A program made the position numbers and the translations under genes. The notes under the pieces were generated by a model. It saw only the letters and a list, made by a program, of their open reading frames with translations. It made no database searches and was not told the DNA's origin. A stretch of DNA of 64,000 bases, taken from positions 64,852,001 through 64,916,000 of the forward strand of contig NC_042998.1 in NCBI RefSeq assembly GCF_006345805.1, read 5' to 3'. The DNA comes from Octopus sinensis. Lineage: Eukaryota. Shown here piece by piece: positions 27,565 to 43,304 of the stretch (its first letter is position 1; the number at the start of each line of letters is the position of its first letter).

Positions 27565-28100
27565 GCCCTGATGCAGTACCAGGCAGTTGCTCTCGTGGCT
27601 TCTGATCTTAACTGATTGGAAGTGTTATCATGTACATTGTTTTGTCTTGGTATAAAAGATGGGTTACAGCAAATATTCTGCTCAATACCACATAATTACT
27701 TGTCAGTTGTTTGACCTTAACCAGTTTAGCATGTCCCTTTGTGGTTGACGATACGTGTATCTCTGATCACGAGCAGAAGTAGTGGGAGAGCGTCATAGAT
27801 ATGTGTTGGGAGAGACTCTTTGGGATTTGAAAAATTCACCTCTGGAAACATGGGTGTTTCGTTCAACATCCATAACCGTTATTTAGGGACCTTTTGAACG
27901 TGATGGGTTACTCGACCAGTAGAAAATTCTAACCTGGCCCCACCTACAATGTCATGTGCTTTTTATCTTGATATGAGATCACCATGTTGCGCATTTTTGA
28001 TTGTGATGCATATATCTAGTGTACCCTTATCAGACGGGTAGTCATGATTGTTATACTGGGCGACTTATATTTTACACCAATGTCACTGCTCTCTCACTCA
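27565..28100. mobile_element. Non-coding interspersed element bounded by (AAT)n arrays on both sides
   Basis: About 535 nt of complex sequence with sharp (AAT)n borders and no ORF. It resembles a repeat I recall from octopus assemblies (unverified). Confidence 0.5.
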
Positions 28101-28106
28101 ATAATG

Positions 28107-28137
<31 letters not shown>

Positions 28138-28211
28138 TAATAATAATAATGATAATAATAATAATGATAATAATAATAATGATAATAATAATAATGATAA
28201 TAATAATAATG

Positions 28212-28280
<69 letters not shown>
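28101..28280. repeat. (AAT)n / (AATAATAATAATGAT)n array
   Basis: Directly visible; target array 5' of the Dong element. Confidence 0.95.
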
Positions 28281-31294
<3,014 letters not shown>

Positions 31295-31298
<4 letters not shown>

Positions 31299-31470
31299 CA
31301 TCGAAAAATACATTCGCAATGAGAACACAGATTCCAAATTTCCTAAAGACACCTGAAGAACGCTGGGGGGATTATCAAACAAGAAGAGGACAAATAAATA
31401 TCCGTCAAAGAGAAATAATGTAAATAATGTGCAGAATTCCTCATATCTTAAATATCGAACCGTAGTTGTT
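31295..31470 (+). mobile_element. (AAT)n-headed hammerhead-family element, plus copy with internal deletion
   Basis: aacaacatcgaaaaatac...GACAC CTGAAGA A cgctg (31348-31365), then a deletion of the GAAAC half, resuming at aaacaagaagaggacaaata. Confidence 0.7.
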
Positions 31471-31860
31471 AGCAGTTATAACATATACAACGGGTGTCAG
31501 TCAGTTGTGTGTCTCACCACTGACTGACACCCGTAGTAGCTGTAGCATATATGAGTAAAACTTTATATGGATTAAAAAACCCATATATAGGCAAATAAAA
31601 GAAATACGTGCATATATATCTTTTATTTATTCTTCACCGAGTTCCAGCTTTCGCCAATCAAATCGCACCCAGTATTTTATCGTTTAGAAGGCTGGGTATT
31701 AAATCTCCACCTCTCTCTTTGTCGTACAGTTAGGTCACGGGGCCTAATAAAAACATAGGTTGTCAGTCGGTGTTGAGACCAACATCAGACTCACATACAC
31801 ATATACATGCATACCTACCTACCTACCTACTTACCTACCTACCTACCTACCTACCTACAT

Positions 31861-31916
<56 letters not shown>

Positions 31917-32214
31917 GATGTGTGTGTGTGTGTATTAGAAATAAAAATAAAAGACGGAATTTACCAGAAAAAATATTATATTATCACAGCAATTGCTCTA
32001 TCTTCAAGATACGTTGCTCCCTTGTGGGCATGAACGATTGCATGAGACCAGATGCAACTCATGACCTTATGATTGCGAGCTAAATTTCTTAACCACTAAG
32101 CCACGCGTCTTCACTACCGTCCTAGATAATCATAAGTTTGTCTTTATGTTCTTTTTTTTGTGATGAACACACCACCACCTACGATACATGGTTAAATATA
32201 CAGCAGGTACCTAT

Positions 32215-32544
32215 GTCAGTGGTTAGAGCGTCGAGCTTACGATCGTGAGGTTGTGAGCTCGAATCCCGGACCGGGCTGCGTGTTGTGTTCTCGAGCAAGG
32301 CACTTTATTTTTCACGTTGCTCCAGTTCACTCAGCTGCAGAAATGAGTTGCGACGTCACTGGTTCCAAGCTGTATCGACCTTTGTCTTTCCCTTGGATAA
32401 CACTGGTGGCGTGGAGAGGGGAGGCTGGTATGCATGGGCGACTGCTAGCCTTCCATAAAACAACCTTGCCCGGACTTGTGTCTAGGAGGGTAACTTTCTA
32501 GGTGCAATCCCATGGTCATTCATGACCGAAGGGGGTCTTTTACC
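32215..32544 (+). mobile_element. Full-length tRNA-derived SINE (second copy of the 14752 family)
   Basis: Aligns end to end with 14752-15083 with few substitutions. Confidence 0.9.
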
Positions 32545-33914
32545 TATGTCTATCCTTACACAACCTTTCTCTTGGATACGTCCACACCACCCCACACACG
32601 CACTAGGTCATAGGATACTGCTTCCATGACCTTGAGGCTTTCCATTGGAAACATATCACCGAATAAAGACCTAAGTTTATCAACACCTACAGACTCGCAG
32701 CACCAGTATTTTAATTCATGACTGCCTACATACCAATATCAATAGCGGCTCCTCTGAGAAACTACACACACGATCGGACTAGCTGCTCTTCACCTTTACT
32801 AAAGACGTATAATTATCACTTGATCAACACTCTTTATTAATTCACTTACATTGTGTGTGTGTATCGGTGTAATTGTGTATTCGTGTTCGTGTATGCGCTT
32901 TTCGTGTGTGTGTGTACGTGTTTGCTTGTGTTCTTATGTTTAAATTTCGAATTGTCTGGTTACCTATGTCAAATTCTTATTGTGGCTTAAACCTCTGGGA
33001 TATCAGCTGTATCTCTGCTCCTTTGTTTCCCTCAGTGGGTAGCTGGTGATTGACTACCCTTAACATAAAATCTGACGCAATGAATTCCTTCGATCAGCAC
33101 AAAGAGTAACTCTTAGCATTTCGAAATTCAAATATATGTAATCTATCAAATAATGCTCCTATTAACTCATAAAATATTATTCTTTTACGAATTGGCATGC
33201 TTTCAGTCGTATAATTTTGGAACTAAAGAAAATAAAAGAATATTTAAATGCATTAATGACTAGTTTCTGTTGGGAAATGTTTGCTTTTTCCCTTCGACAT
33301 TATGGAATCGATAATGGTATTTATTAGATCACTAAAAATGTAATTTGCTCAAGTGTCTGTCTGATCTCCAGTTTCGTTTAGTTATGCATATACATGTGTT
33401 AATAAATGTATATAATTGCATGGATAACTGAGCCTTAGAATTCATTTAAATACATATTCCTTTAGAGACAAATAATATATTAAAATATGCGAGATATTTA
33501 ATGCTTCTGTGAGTCTGATATCATTTACAGAGCTATTATTTATGTAAAGCGGAAAAGTCGTCATCATTTTGTACAAAAGGACTCTGTAAATGCTTGTAAA
33601 AAGGAAGTGAATAACAAAACTTGATGATAGAAAGAGAAATCTGAACCTTAGGGCTCTGTGCACCTGTGAACATATAAAACGCGCAGCAGTTTGTAAGATG
33701 GTACGTTCACAGTTAAGGTAAAATGTTTAATTTTCCTCTATATTTGTAACAACGTGACATGTAAGATGTATCGCAGAGAGTGTAAATTATCATTGAAACA
33801 TTACACAGTCCCGCTGAAACCGCTGAAATAAATTGAGCTGAGATATATGATATAGAGTCCATGTGTATTTCTCCCCATCCCTCTCTCCCGTCGATATATA
33901 TATATATATTCGGG

Positions 33915-34095
33915 CTACTCCTTCGGTTACGACGACTAGGGTTCCACTTGATTGGATCTACGGGACAGCTCGCTCGTGAAATTAACGTGCAAGTGGCTGA
34001 GTACTCCCCAGACACGTGTACCACTAACGTATTCCTCGGGGAGATTCAGCGTGACACAGAGTGTGTCAAGGCTGGCCCTTTGAAATACAGTTACA
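33915..34095 (+). mobile_element. SINE central-domain fragment (ctcgtgaaattaacgtgcaagtggctgag family)
   Basis: Matches the minus-strand copy at 44465-44645. Confidence 0.7.
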
Positions 34096-34570
34096 ACAGA
34101 AACAGGAAGAGCGAGAGAAAGTTGTGGTAGAACGGGGTTGCACACCACGCTGGAGCCTCGTAGAGCATTAGGTGTTTTTACAATAAACCTCTCACAAAAG
34201 CCCGGTCTGAGAATCGAAAGGGAATCGAAATCGCGATCCTACGACCGCGAGTCCACTGGGCCATTGCCCTTCCACTATATATATATATATTCTATAATTA
34301 TGAGCATAATGGAATGAGTGAGTAGAAATATGATTTAAATTTTTTTTACCTGCGTGAGTTGTTGAGAATTGCTGTCTGGGAGATATCTTATGGTAGTAAA
34401 TTTCAGTATGTGGCGAAGCAAATTTTGCTGAAGCGTAATTATAATTTTGGTTATAATTATAGAATTTATGTATAAGTTTACCGATAATGGTTCTTTTAAC
34501 ATAACGAACTACTTGGTAAAATTATTAATTATTAATTGATCAATTAATTTTACCCTTTATTATTATTGAT

Positions 34571-34632
<62 letters not shown>

Positions 34633-34725
34633 AAATATTATTAGAGACAAAACCACTATTTTGCAAAACAAACAAGGAAAGACTTAATCAATACATAAAA
34701 TTTTAATAAATAGTCAAAAAAACCG

Positions 34726-34768
34726 CCACTACAATTGTTTCTTGTCTTGATCGACAATCTTCAGGTGG
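34726..34768 (-). ncRNA. Type I hammerhead ribozyme motif, core intact
   Basis: CCAC | CTGAAGA | TTGTC-GATCAA-GACAA | GAAAC AATT GTA | GTGG: stem I 4 bp, stem II 5 bp, palindromic stem III ACAATTGT, GUA cleavage triplet. Confidence 0.75.
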
Positions 34769-34784
34769 ACTTCAGATTGGAAGT

Positions 34785-34827
34785 CCACCTGAAGATTGTC
34801 GATCAAGACAAGAATCAATTGTAGTGG
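34785..34827 (+). ncRNA. Type I hammerhead motif, core-mutated copy (GAAAC to GAATC at 34815)
   Basis: Mirror of 34726-34768 with the single arm substitution falling in the conserved GAAA. Confidence 0.6.
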
Positions 34828-36299
34828 CGGTTTTTTTGACTATTTATTAAAATTTTATGTATTGATTAAGTCTTTCCTTGTTTGTTTTGCAAAATAGTGG
34901 TTTTGTCTAATAATATTTTATAATATTTTACTATAAAATTGGATTTAATCCTAAATCTGATTTTTTTCCCTGTAAATTTGGATTTATTCCCTAATATTTA
35001 TTATTATATATATTTATATATATATATATGTATGTATGTATGCATGTATGTATGTGTGTATGTGTGTGTGTGTGTGCGTGTGTGTGTGTGTGTGTCTATG
35101 TTGTTGCGCACTGCGGCATCCTGACACCACCAACACATGCCCCAACAGTCATGCAAGAGGCTCGGGAAAACCACAGGTCACCTCAGCAAGACAACTAGCT
35201 TAGAGAGAAGAAGTAGTAGCTATAGAAATCAGAAGATTTGACAATAAACAAAACTGGTGAATATAAGCAAATTATTGAGCTTTAAGAGGTGAATAAACAT
35301 TTATAGAATATAATTTAGCGAATTCTTTTACCTCTAAGCAATTTACATTTTTTGGTAAGCACGTCTTTTATGCAACTGTTAAATGAATTATTTTCTAATT
35401 TTATTTTTCGACTGGACTCTGTTTTTACATCCGATTCACATTAGTCTGGTAGCCAACTTCACATTCAGTGTTCTTTACTTTGCTAAGTTCACCCTGACTA
35501 TTTTTGCAGCCAGTTTAAAACTGTCCTTGTCACAGCAACAACACCACTGTTCACTTTAAACGATTGACGCCCACCGTTGTGTCGAACCGTTTTATCAAGT
35601 GACGCTAAATGTCACTCGACACTAACTACTGTGTTAACTGTTCCACACAAACCGCCCGACATAGATCGCTTCACATCGACCGCCTGGAAGCGACTCAAAC
35701 ATTAGCTACCTAACATCGGCTCCCGGCAACAAACTGCCCATATCAAATATTCACATAAACCTCTCACTTCGACTACCGCGACACTCCCTTCAAACCAGCC
35801 GCCCGACACCAACTGTTTACGCCACCTACCGTCCACATAAACCACTGCCGCCAACTGTCTGATACAACTCGGGTACTTCAACCGTCCCTGGTACTGACTG
35901 CTGTATCAATTATTCACATAAAACTCTCACGTTGTCTTCCCGGCATTCATTTCAAACCAACCGTCAGACACAAACTCACGCACGTCAACCGTCGCACATG
36001 GACTCCAGGTGCAGACTTAATCTTAATCAAGCCACAAGTGCCAAACACAGAGAGGATATACACGCATGCCGGGAAAATTAATGCATGAAAGGCTGAATAA
36101 AATGAAGTAATTATAATGAAGATGAAACGGCCATTCCGGTTCCAATCCGAGATGGTTACGTGATTTTACTTTTTTTAAGACCTAAATTTTAACACAAATT
36201 GTCACAAATGTCCATTCAATCAAGATGTTTACGAGAATTAACATTTTTAAAAACCAAAATGTTTTTTAAATTGTTGTTTTTTTCCAAGTCTTTTCACAG

Positions 36300-37330
36300 T
36301 CTTTAAAAACAAATCACACTTACCATTTTATCTTTTCCTTGATGTCGTTGTAATCCACCACCGATGCTCGCAGTTTGATATCCACTTGCGGCCCAAGTGG
36401 ATTTATATCCGAAGGAAAAGCCTCCTTCAATGCACTATACTTTATATCATCCATCATGATGCACCTCATGTATTTGTCGTACCCTTCTTCCAAATTCACT
36501 TTTACAACCCCTTTTATTTTCGCTATTGTTCTCTCCAGCTATTGCGTTTTCCGTTATGTTACCAGAAAATTTTTTATTTCTGTGTGTATGCGTATCAGTG
36601 CTTTGTGACTGTGATTTTATGTTTCTGCAACTCTGCGTTATCCTCTCTATGCTTCTTTGTGACTGTATGTCTATGTGTTTATGTGTCTGTTATTCTGTAT
36701 GTTTTTGTGGTTGAAAGTCTGTGTATCTGCTTTGAAATATTATCCTATCTGTGACATTTTTCTCTGGTGAACCCACTGGCGTACTATTTCTGTTTATCAT
36801 TGTTTGTTGGTTTACTTCTTCTTTGGCTTTGTATTTTTTCTGTTCCGTTATCGTTGGTGACCTCCTTCGCTCTCTCTTTCTTGATGCTACCCCTCTTCCA
36901 TTACAGTCTCTTGAATTCTCTCCTCAAAAGTTTAGATCACTGCCCTAGGTCATCTCCTTCTTATGTGCCTACTCTCACCACACTCATGACATTTGGGGGT
37001 CCTCATCTTTTGGTAGCTCCAATGTTTCTGGAATATCTTCGTAACCCTTCTGGCTCGCTGCACAAATTACCGCTATCCCGTACCATCAGCAATTCACTTG
37101 ATGGATCCGGTTATCATGTTTATCCTCACCTCTTCGTTGCCTCCTTCCTCCTTTCCAGTAAAAATTGCCGCTAGTATCCATTCTGGGACAATGTGTGGTG
37201 GGATCCTGCCAACCATAATTCTAACAACTCGTTTATCTAAACAGCTGTGTATCAATGTCCATTTCTCTCCTCCTAACGCCATATCGGAGCTTCTTTTTCC
37301 TCTTCTTCTTATACAAATGTGACCACCACT
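36300..37330 (-). pseudogene. Decayed LINE ORF1 (gag-like) with CCHC zinc knuckle, L1/Tx1-like
   Basis: VRIMVGRIPPHIVPEWILAAI, then PKCHECGESRHIRRR*P at 36950-36991 (CxxCx4Hx4C with the last Cys mutated to TGA). Multiple stops and frameshifts. Confidence 0.6.
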
Positions 37331-38012
37331 GACGCGTATCTCTTTCCACTCATATACACTTATATGTTAGTTTTTATATATTTTCCCATAATTTCTTCTA
37401 TTTATTCCTGCGGTGTGTATTCAATACTTCTATTTTTATTTGAAAACGTTCTGTATATTAACACTTCGTTTTCCATTTTCACTTTAGCCCCCTCTGGTGG
37501 GACACAATCTTATAATTGACCGGTCCCTCTTCATCATGTCTCTGCATTTCAAGATGAGGTCCTTATCGTACTGGAAGTTTTATGTTTCAGCACATTCGGG
37601 CCGGCAGAAGCTCGACCTCCCGTTGCCGCAGCGTAGCTCCTCATCATTCACAACTATTTGCTGCAACCAAACACCAGCGGCTCCACACAAAAACCGCTGC
37701 AAAGCAGCACAAAACAATGTTCAGCACAAAACAAACCTCAGCACAAAATAATCCTCGGCAAAAACTCCAGGTAGAGACTGAACGCTACGTGTTCACCATT
37801 AGTATATATAGTGCATACACACAGTAACAGCGCGCCAAACAGTCCAGACTACATAAAAGAGTCACATGACCAAAATTACTATTTTTTTTGTGGTAGGATT
37901 AATTTCTCATTTACTACGTCTTCTTCCCTTGCAAAACTAGATAGTGGAATTATAATCCGCGTAGTACCATCCAAAATTACGCTCAGATAAATCTTCGTTC
38001 GCCACAACATAA

Positions 38013-38052
<40 letters not shown>

Positions 38053-38109
38053 GTGTGCGCGTGTATGTGTCCGTGTACGCGTGTGTGTGTGTTTGCATGT
38101 ATGTATGCA

Positions 38110-40350
38110 TAACATCAACATCTTTAGTAAGATCCCTTAACTAATGCAGACAGTCGTTCGGGCAACATACTAGACGCCTTCATAGTCAGCTATCGTCACT
38201 GGTCTGTGTTTTCTGTCACGCCATTGACATTGTCAAGCCAAGATTTTTTTCTGTCCGCCTCTCTTTTGCCCTTCTTCAAACTGTGCTCTGAAAAAATGAT
38301 TTTGGTCAGGGAAATCTGGTGGGATACATGAGTGTAGCAGGTAATCTTCCGTCTTTCTACCAGCACAAGGAATTTTGCTTGTCTGTATTTGTTGACAAAG
38401 CCTGTTCGTTTTCTGTTCATGTGCGGATTTGTAACAGGCATTTGAAGCATGTTATCTGGAAGAGGGGAGCTCTTACATTCAGAAGTCTCAAAACGAGATT
38501 TGTTGGAAAAGTAATGGTATTGCTTTTCAATATTTTGGTTAGCATTGTCATATCAGCAGAGACTAAATTGAGTTTTGTTATTATGGCCTTTTGAGATCAG
38601 TCGTTCTTGGTCAAAGTAGATCCTAGGTATTTGAATGTGTTCATTTTATCAACTGTCTCTCTGTTTAGCATGATGCTAGTTACTGTTTTTGTTTGTTACT
38701 ATTAATTAGTACATTGCTCTTTCCTGGGTTGATCTCCATTCCCAGTATGGCTCTGATATTTTCCCAGTCTGGTGGTAAGATCATGTGTTTCTCCTTCACT
38801 GCTTCCTAACAGGTCAAACGTATCAGTAAAGTGTATGTTGAAGATGCTCCGTGCTCTTAAGGAGACAGAGGGGCTGAGGTGTGTATGTGTCCACTGCATT
38901 TTCCTTTCCAAATAAGATGTTGAAAAGCACTGAAGACAAGAGACATCCTTGTCGAACACCCACTGTTGTCTGCAAGAAATATCTGATGCTGTTGATCTGC
39001 ATTAAAGTTTTCATGCAATTCTTGGATTACTACGGTGGAGCCATAGTCAACTTCCATAAACCATTGTGCCAACCACGGTCAAAAGTATTTTTGAAGTCGA
39101 TGAATTTGTGACAGAGATCAAACTGGTTTTGCCGATTTTCCTCACTGAGGAGTCTAATGTTAAATATCTGCTTCACATAATCCATTGGTACCTACATACT
39201 ACCCGTACATCTGCAAGAATTTCTTCTGCCTTCCACTTAAATCTGCTTGATTGGTAGGCTGATTAGGCTGAGTGTTCTATTATTCTAACAGGTGTTTAAG
39301 TTTCTTTCCTTAGGAACTGGTATCTTCAGTGATTGGGTCCACTCCTTTGGCCACTGCTTCATCTCGCATATCTTCTGATATGTAATTGTTAGTGACTTGT
39401 TTCAGAAGCTCTGATAGGAGGTTTCCTAAATTTGAGCATGCGCACTGCCTCTTGGACCTAATTCTGGAGAATTGGAGTATCTCTAAGTTCTCTGTTACTG
39501 ATATTATTTTTGGAATTTTCTTGGCTGTTGGTATCATGTTTTGCCCGAAGTGATATTTGTGGTATACGTTTTTCTTTCCGTCAGGATATTAAGAGTTTCA
39601 TAACCAACCTTGTGGTTACCCTTATTTGACTTCCATCTTTTTCATCCTAACAGTTCAATTCGCTCCTATGTATTGCTGACCGATCTCCTGTCACGCTAGC
39701 TTGGTCTTCCTCAAATGCCCCTGAAATCACACGATCGAAAATGTCATCAGTGACCCATGATTATTTGTTTCTCCATCTCCCTAGCACTTTTCGAGACATT
39801 TCCTGAAGTGTTGGCCAGGGTGTTTATATCATCTTCCAGAAGTTTAAGGGTAGCAAACTTGCAACCCATTATCACCTCAAACTACAATGAAGCATGAAGA
39901 TCTTTGAGTTTATAAACATCAAACATAATGCATGTTGTTCTTTCCTCGTGGGTCTTTTTCAGTTTGAGTGTGAGTGTCATCATGACCAAATCCTGATCAC
40001 TGTTGACATCCACACCAAAGAAGGCTCTAGTTCTATCTTTTCGATGCTGGAATTGAACATGTGAGGTGAAAAGATGAAGTCAATTTGGTTTTGATCCATT
40101 CCGTTAAGTGCATGCCATGTTCTGCACACGTTCTTGAATGAGAACACTGTTTGTTAAGGCCAACCTGTGCTTCCAAGTAGATTAAGACAGTTGCATCTTA
40201 CGATCGTTGGCTTCTCCGATCCCGTATCGTTCCATGGTCGCAGCCAATTGGACATATGCATCCGGGACTATTTTTGCGTTCCACTCTCCTAGGACAAATA
40301 GAATATCTTTTTAGGAGTTGTCGAGGTGAATTCTCCAGGATGCTGGTCGT
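38110..40350 (-). mobile_element. Decayed RTE-clade LINE (APE C-terminal part + RT + C-terminus)
   Basis: Broken frames give KDILFVLGEWNAKIV, SDQDLVMM, TVGVRQGCLLSSVLFNI, FKYLGS and KKSWLDNV. Confidence 0.82.
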
Positions 40351-40399
40351 GATCGCAGTAACATAGGGAGTGTTTGGTGGCATATTTACCAGAGCTATC

Positions 40400-41040
40400 G
40401 GCTAAGCTCTGATCGACTACTGATTTTGGGGTTACGTTTGTGCATCAGTGAAGATTCTTTGATACGGAGATTTCTTGCGATCTCCTCCCAGGTCAATATG
40501 TAGACATTTATCTCTTCGGTGTTGTTGCTACATTTTTTAAGGGTTTGCCGAATGAAGACGCATTGATAGTGTTCTGTTTCAGTCGGTCTTGGAGAGGTCG
40601 GACCATACTCCCAATGTAATAAATCTAGTATTTGTGACCGTATCTGTTGTATGGCATATGTTGGTAGGCATATGTTCGTTTTGGGAATTGGGTAATTTGC
40701 CAGTATGCATGAAGATGTTCAGACTCTGACCACCTCATTGACAGGTGTTTACGTAGGGACAGTCCGATATAGGTCACTAGGATGTTGAAACTTTCCCAGT
40801 ATATGACCTCATGGATGATGATGGTGGTCTTCTCATTAAAGTTGGGAACCTTCAGGAAGCAGCTTTTCGAGAAATTATTCTCACCATGTTTATTTGGATT
40901 GTGTTCGCGTAGGGAGTTTGTAACTGATGTTGAGTATAGGCTGGGACCAAATACTATAAGAAACTGCTCAACTTGTGTGTCCTGGCTTCTGTCGCCATTG
41001 CATTTCTTGTATAACTGGGCAATCTCATTACGTATGTAGC
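40400..41040 (-). mobile_element. Decayed Penelope-like fragment (RT C-terminus + GIY-YIG)
   Basis: IYYIGSMVRPLQDRLKQ..SSFGKPL..HKRNPKISSR, preceded by VPNFNEKTT..LRKHLS; abuts the truncated RTE 5' end. Confidence 0.55.
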
Positions 41041-43059
41041 CAGTATTAGCCCTAATGAGGACTTGTAAAGGACGAAGAAGACCCGGTAGGTTGCCTTTCG
41101 GAAGAGCATCCCGTCAGCTTTCCCTTTGTCCTGATGTTTAGATTAAAGTTAAGCAAACAGAGGGAACCATCGCTGCTTCGGTGTTCGATGGTGAAGTAGA
41201 TGTGCCACCTCCGTACTCAACGTGACCTCTATGCAACCAACTACACCAACATTTTGGAAGTTGCCGCTGCTGCTCACTCAATCACCGGGCTATCGAAAAT
41301 AGCAGGGTCTATGTTCATACACATCTCTTTAACTGTATTCTCCTGACGATAGGCCTTTGTGTCCGAAATATAAAGGTTTTTCTAAACTTTCTGTATTGTT
41401 TGAAGCTTTCATTATTTCTCATTTCATTCATTTTCTGCTCTTGCACATACAGTTTGCAACCATATCATGTATAAAGAGTATATTGTAGAGATTTTAGGGA
41501 AGCTGTTGAAGTATTTGCTACATCGCTCACTAGTTCTTTTAACTGATTTATTTTGTCACAACGTGGCGGGGTTATTGATATCCTTGTCTCTCATATATAT
41601 CAGGTATTTAGTAGCTATCTTTTATTTCTGCATATCAAAGGTTCAATGTTCGAATGTTCTGGGCGGCTACTCTTCCTGCTAATGCCGCTGTTATCCTGCA
41701 TTTTGCGGGATATTCTGTGCAATGATTTCTACTTGTATGATGAATGCTTCTTCTCCAAGGTTCTGATTAGGTTGGCTAGTCCTGCTTCACTTGGGTCATG
41801 TGAGAAAGTTGCACACTCCGAATACCTGCACAAGTCTTATTGAAATGGCGCTCTTGTTTTGCTGTGCTAAAAATGTTGTTCTTTTGGAGTGCACATGTAA
41901 TGTATTTTTCTTACTCTATGTTCACAGCAGGTGTTTTCTGAGTGAAAACAGTACGACACTGGAAGGCTGCTTTATGAATTATTGTATTAATGTTAAACCA
42001 GACTATTCTTTTTAAGTGTCTATCTGTAAAGGCTTTTAGAAATAAAACATACTTCGGTAGCATTTATTTGGAGCGCTTATACAACAGATCAATATCAGGT
42101 GTTGTTATTAATATATTTTCCTTTTCTAGTGGACACATGAACTGGCGAGGAAGGACGGCATTGGAAAGAAATTGAAGGTGCGTTGATCAGATGTAATTTG
42201 TAGAGAAAATTGTTTGATGCGAAGTTTTAAGCGTCTAAAGATTTTAGTTTACGCGGTCAACAAAAATATTTAAAACAACAAATTGTATAACGTTTGTAAC
42301 ACTCCTATCGACTGAACTGACTCATTACGAGCAGATAACGAAATACTATTTTCTCTTGTAAAATGTATTTAAATCTCTATTTTTAATTATACGTTGACGG
42401 AAATGTTTTGCTGGTAATTGAATATGTCTTTATTCTAAAATGCGTTGACGAATTTTCAAATACGAAAATCAAAAATATGTTTCGCTGACCTTAATAAATA
42501 TGACATCCCGGAAATGCCAATGACATTTTTGTCACATCTCATATATCATTCTTTATATTATAAATTTTGAAAAGTTTAACTTGGTACTTCGCCATGTAAA
42601 TATGTAGTGCATTTCTCACGTTACCCGTAACTTGGCTTCCTTTTTAATTCATATACCGAATAAAAAACCTCTCGTAAAGCTCATTCCACGCAAATGTATA
42701 ATTCTCATCCAGGAAGTATCTCATAGCTGTCCTTTTACAATCATTATACACATTTAACTACTACATTTGGTGGTGTATAACCCTCGCCCATGTCCCAAAA
42801 TTCAACGGATCCGATATACGGCGTTGTGCCTAAATTACATGCTTCAACGAATTAAACCCCTTTTCCTTGAATATATATTATTGAAAGTGGGGTGCATCAA
42901 ATATGCTCATATATCTATTATGGCATCAAATATGGTAGTCTATTGTTCATGGGAAGACCTTGAAAATAATCTTGACCAAGTGAAATGAAATACGATGACC
43001 TGTTAATATATTCAAAAAATTAAACAAAACATGAACTCGAAATAATAATTTATAATCAC

Positions 43060-43065
43060 TTTATT
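43060..43065 (-). terminator. Polyadenylation signal AATAAA of the 7-exon gene
   Basis: First AATAAA about 40 nt downstream of the TAA stop (43104-43106). Confidence 0.6.
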
Positions 43066-43103
43066 CCAATAGAAGACCTACTATAAAGGGTTTACACAAT
43101 AAT

Positions 43104-43304
43104 TTAAAAGAAACTTTCAGGTGCAAACATATCTTGGGCAGCTTTCATAGCCCTTTCTCTAACATCGGCTCTCAATTTACCCAATATAGTTGGATTGGGT
43201 CTGAAGACCTTTGATTGATACAATCCTCGGATTCCGCTGGCATCTTTTTGAACAAATAATACACGGTTGCTTTTCCTGTAGGCGAACAACTGGATACGGA
43301 AGAG
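43104..43304 (-). CDS. Exon 7 (last, phase 0) of secreted 304-aa protein: LFRIQLFAYRKSNRVLFVQKDASGIRGLYQSKVFRPNPTILGKLRADVRERAMKAAQDMFAPESFF*
   Basis: Acceptor tttactttgctttag at 43305; in frame with exon 6; ends in TAA. An in-frame alternative CAG acceptor lies 15 nt downstream. Confidence 0.9.
   Translation of the reverse strand, partial: LFRIQLFAYRKSNRVLFVQKDASGIRGLYQSKVFRPNPTILGKLRADVRERAMKAAQDMFAPESFF

Larger units (their letters stand above)
34629..34922. repeat. Palindrome, about 144-nt arms, 6-nt loop, one hammerhead motif per arm
   Basis: Arms 34629-34773 and 34780-34922 differ by one substitution and one 2-nt indel; loop agattg. Confidence 0.95.

Noticed and set aside
37485-37502. 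CTCF-like motif (ccaccagagggggc on the minus strand)
   Set aside because: A single motif match within probable LINE 5' sequence; cannot be supported without ChIP or conservation data.
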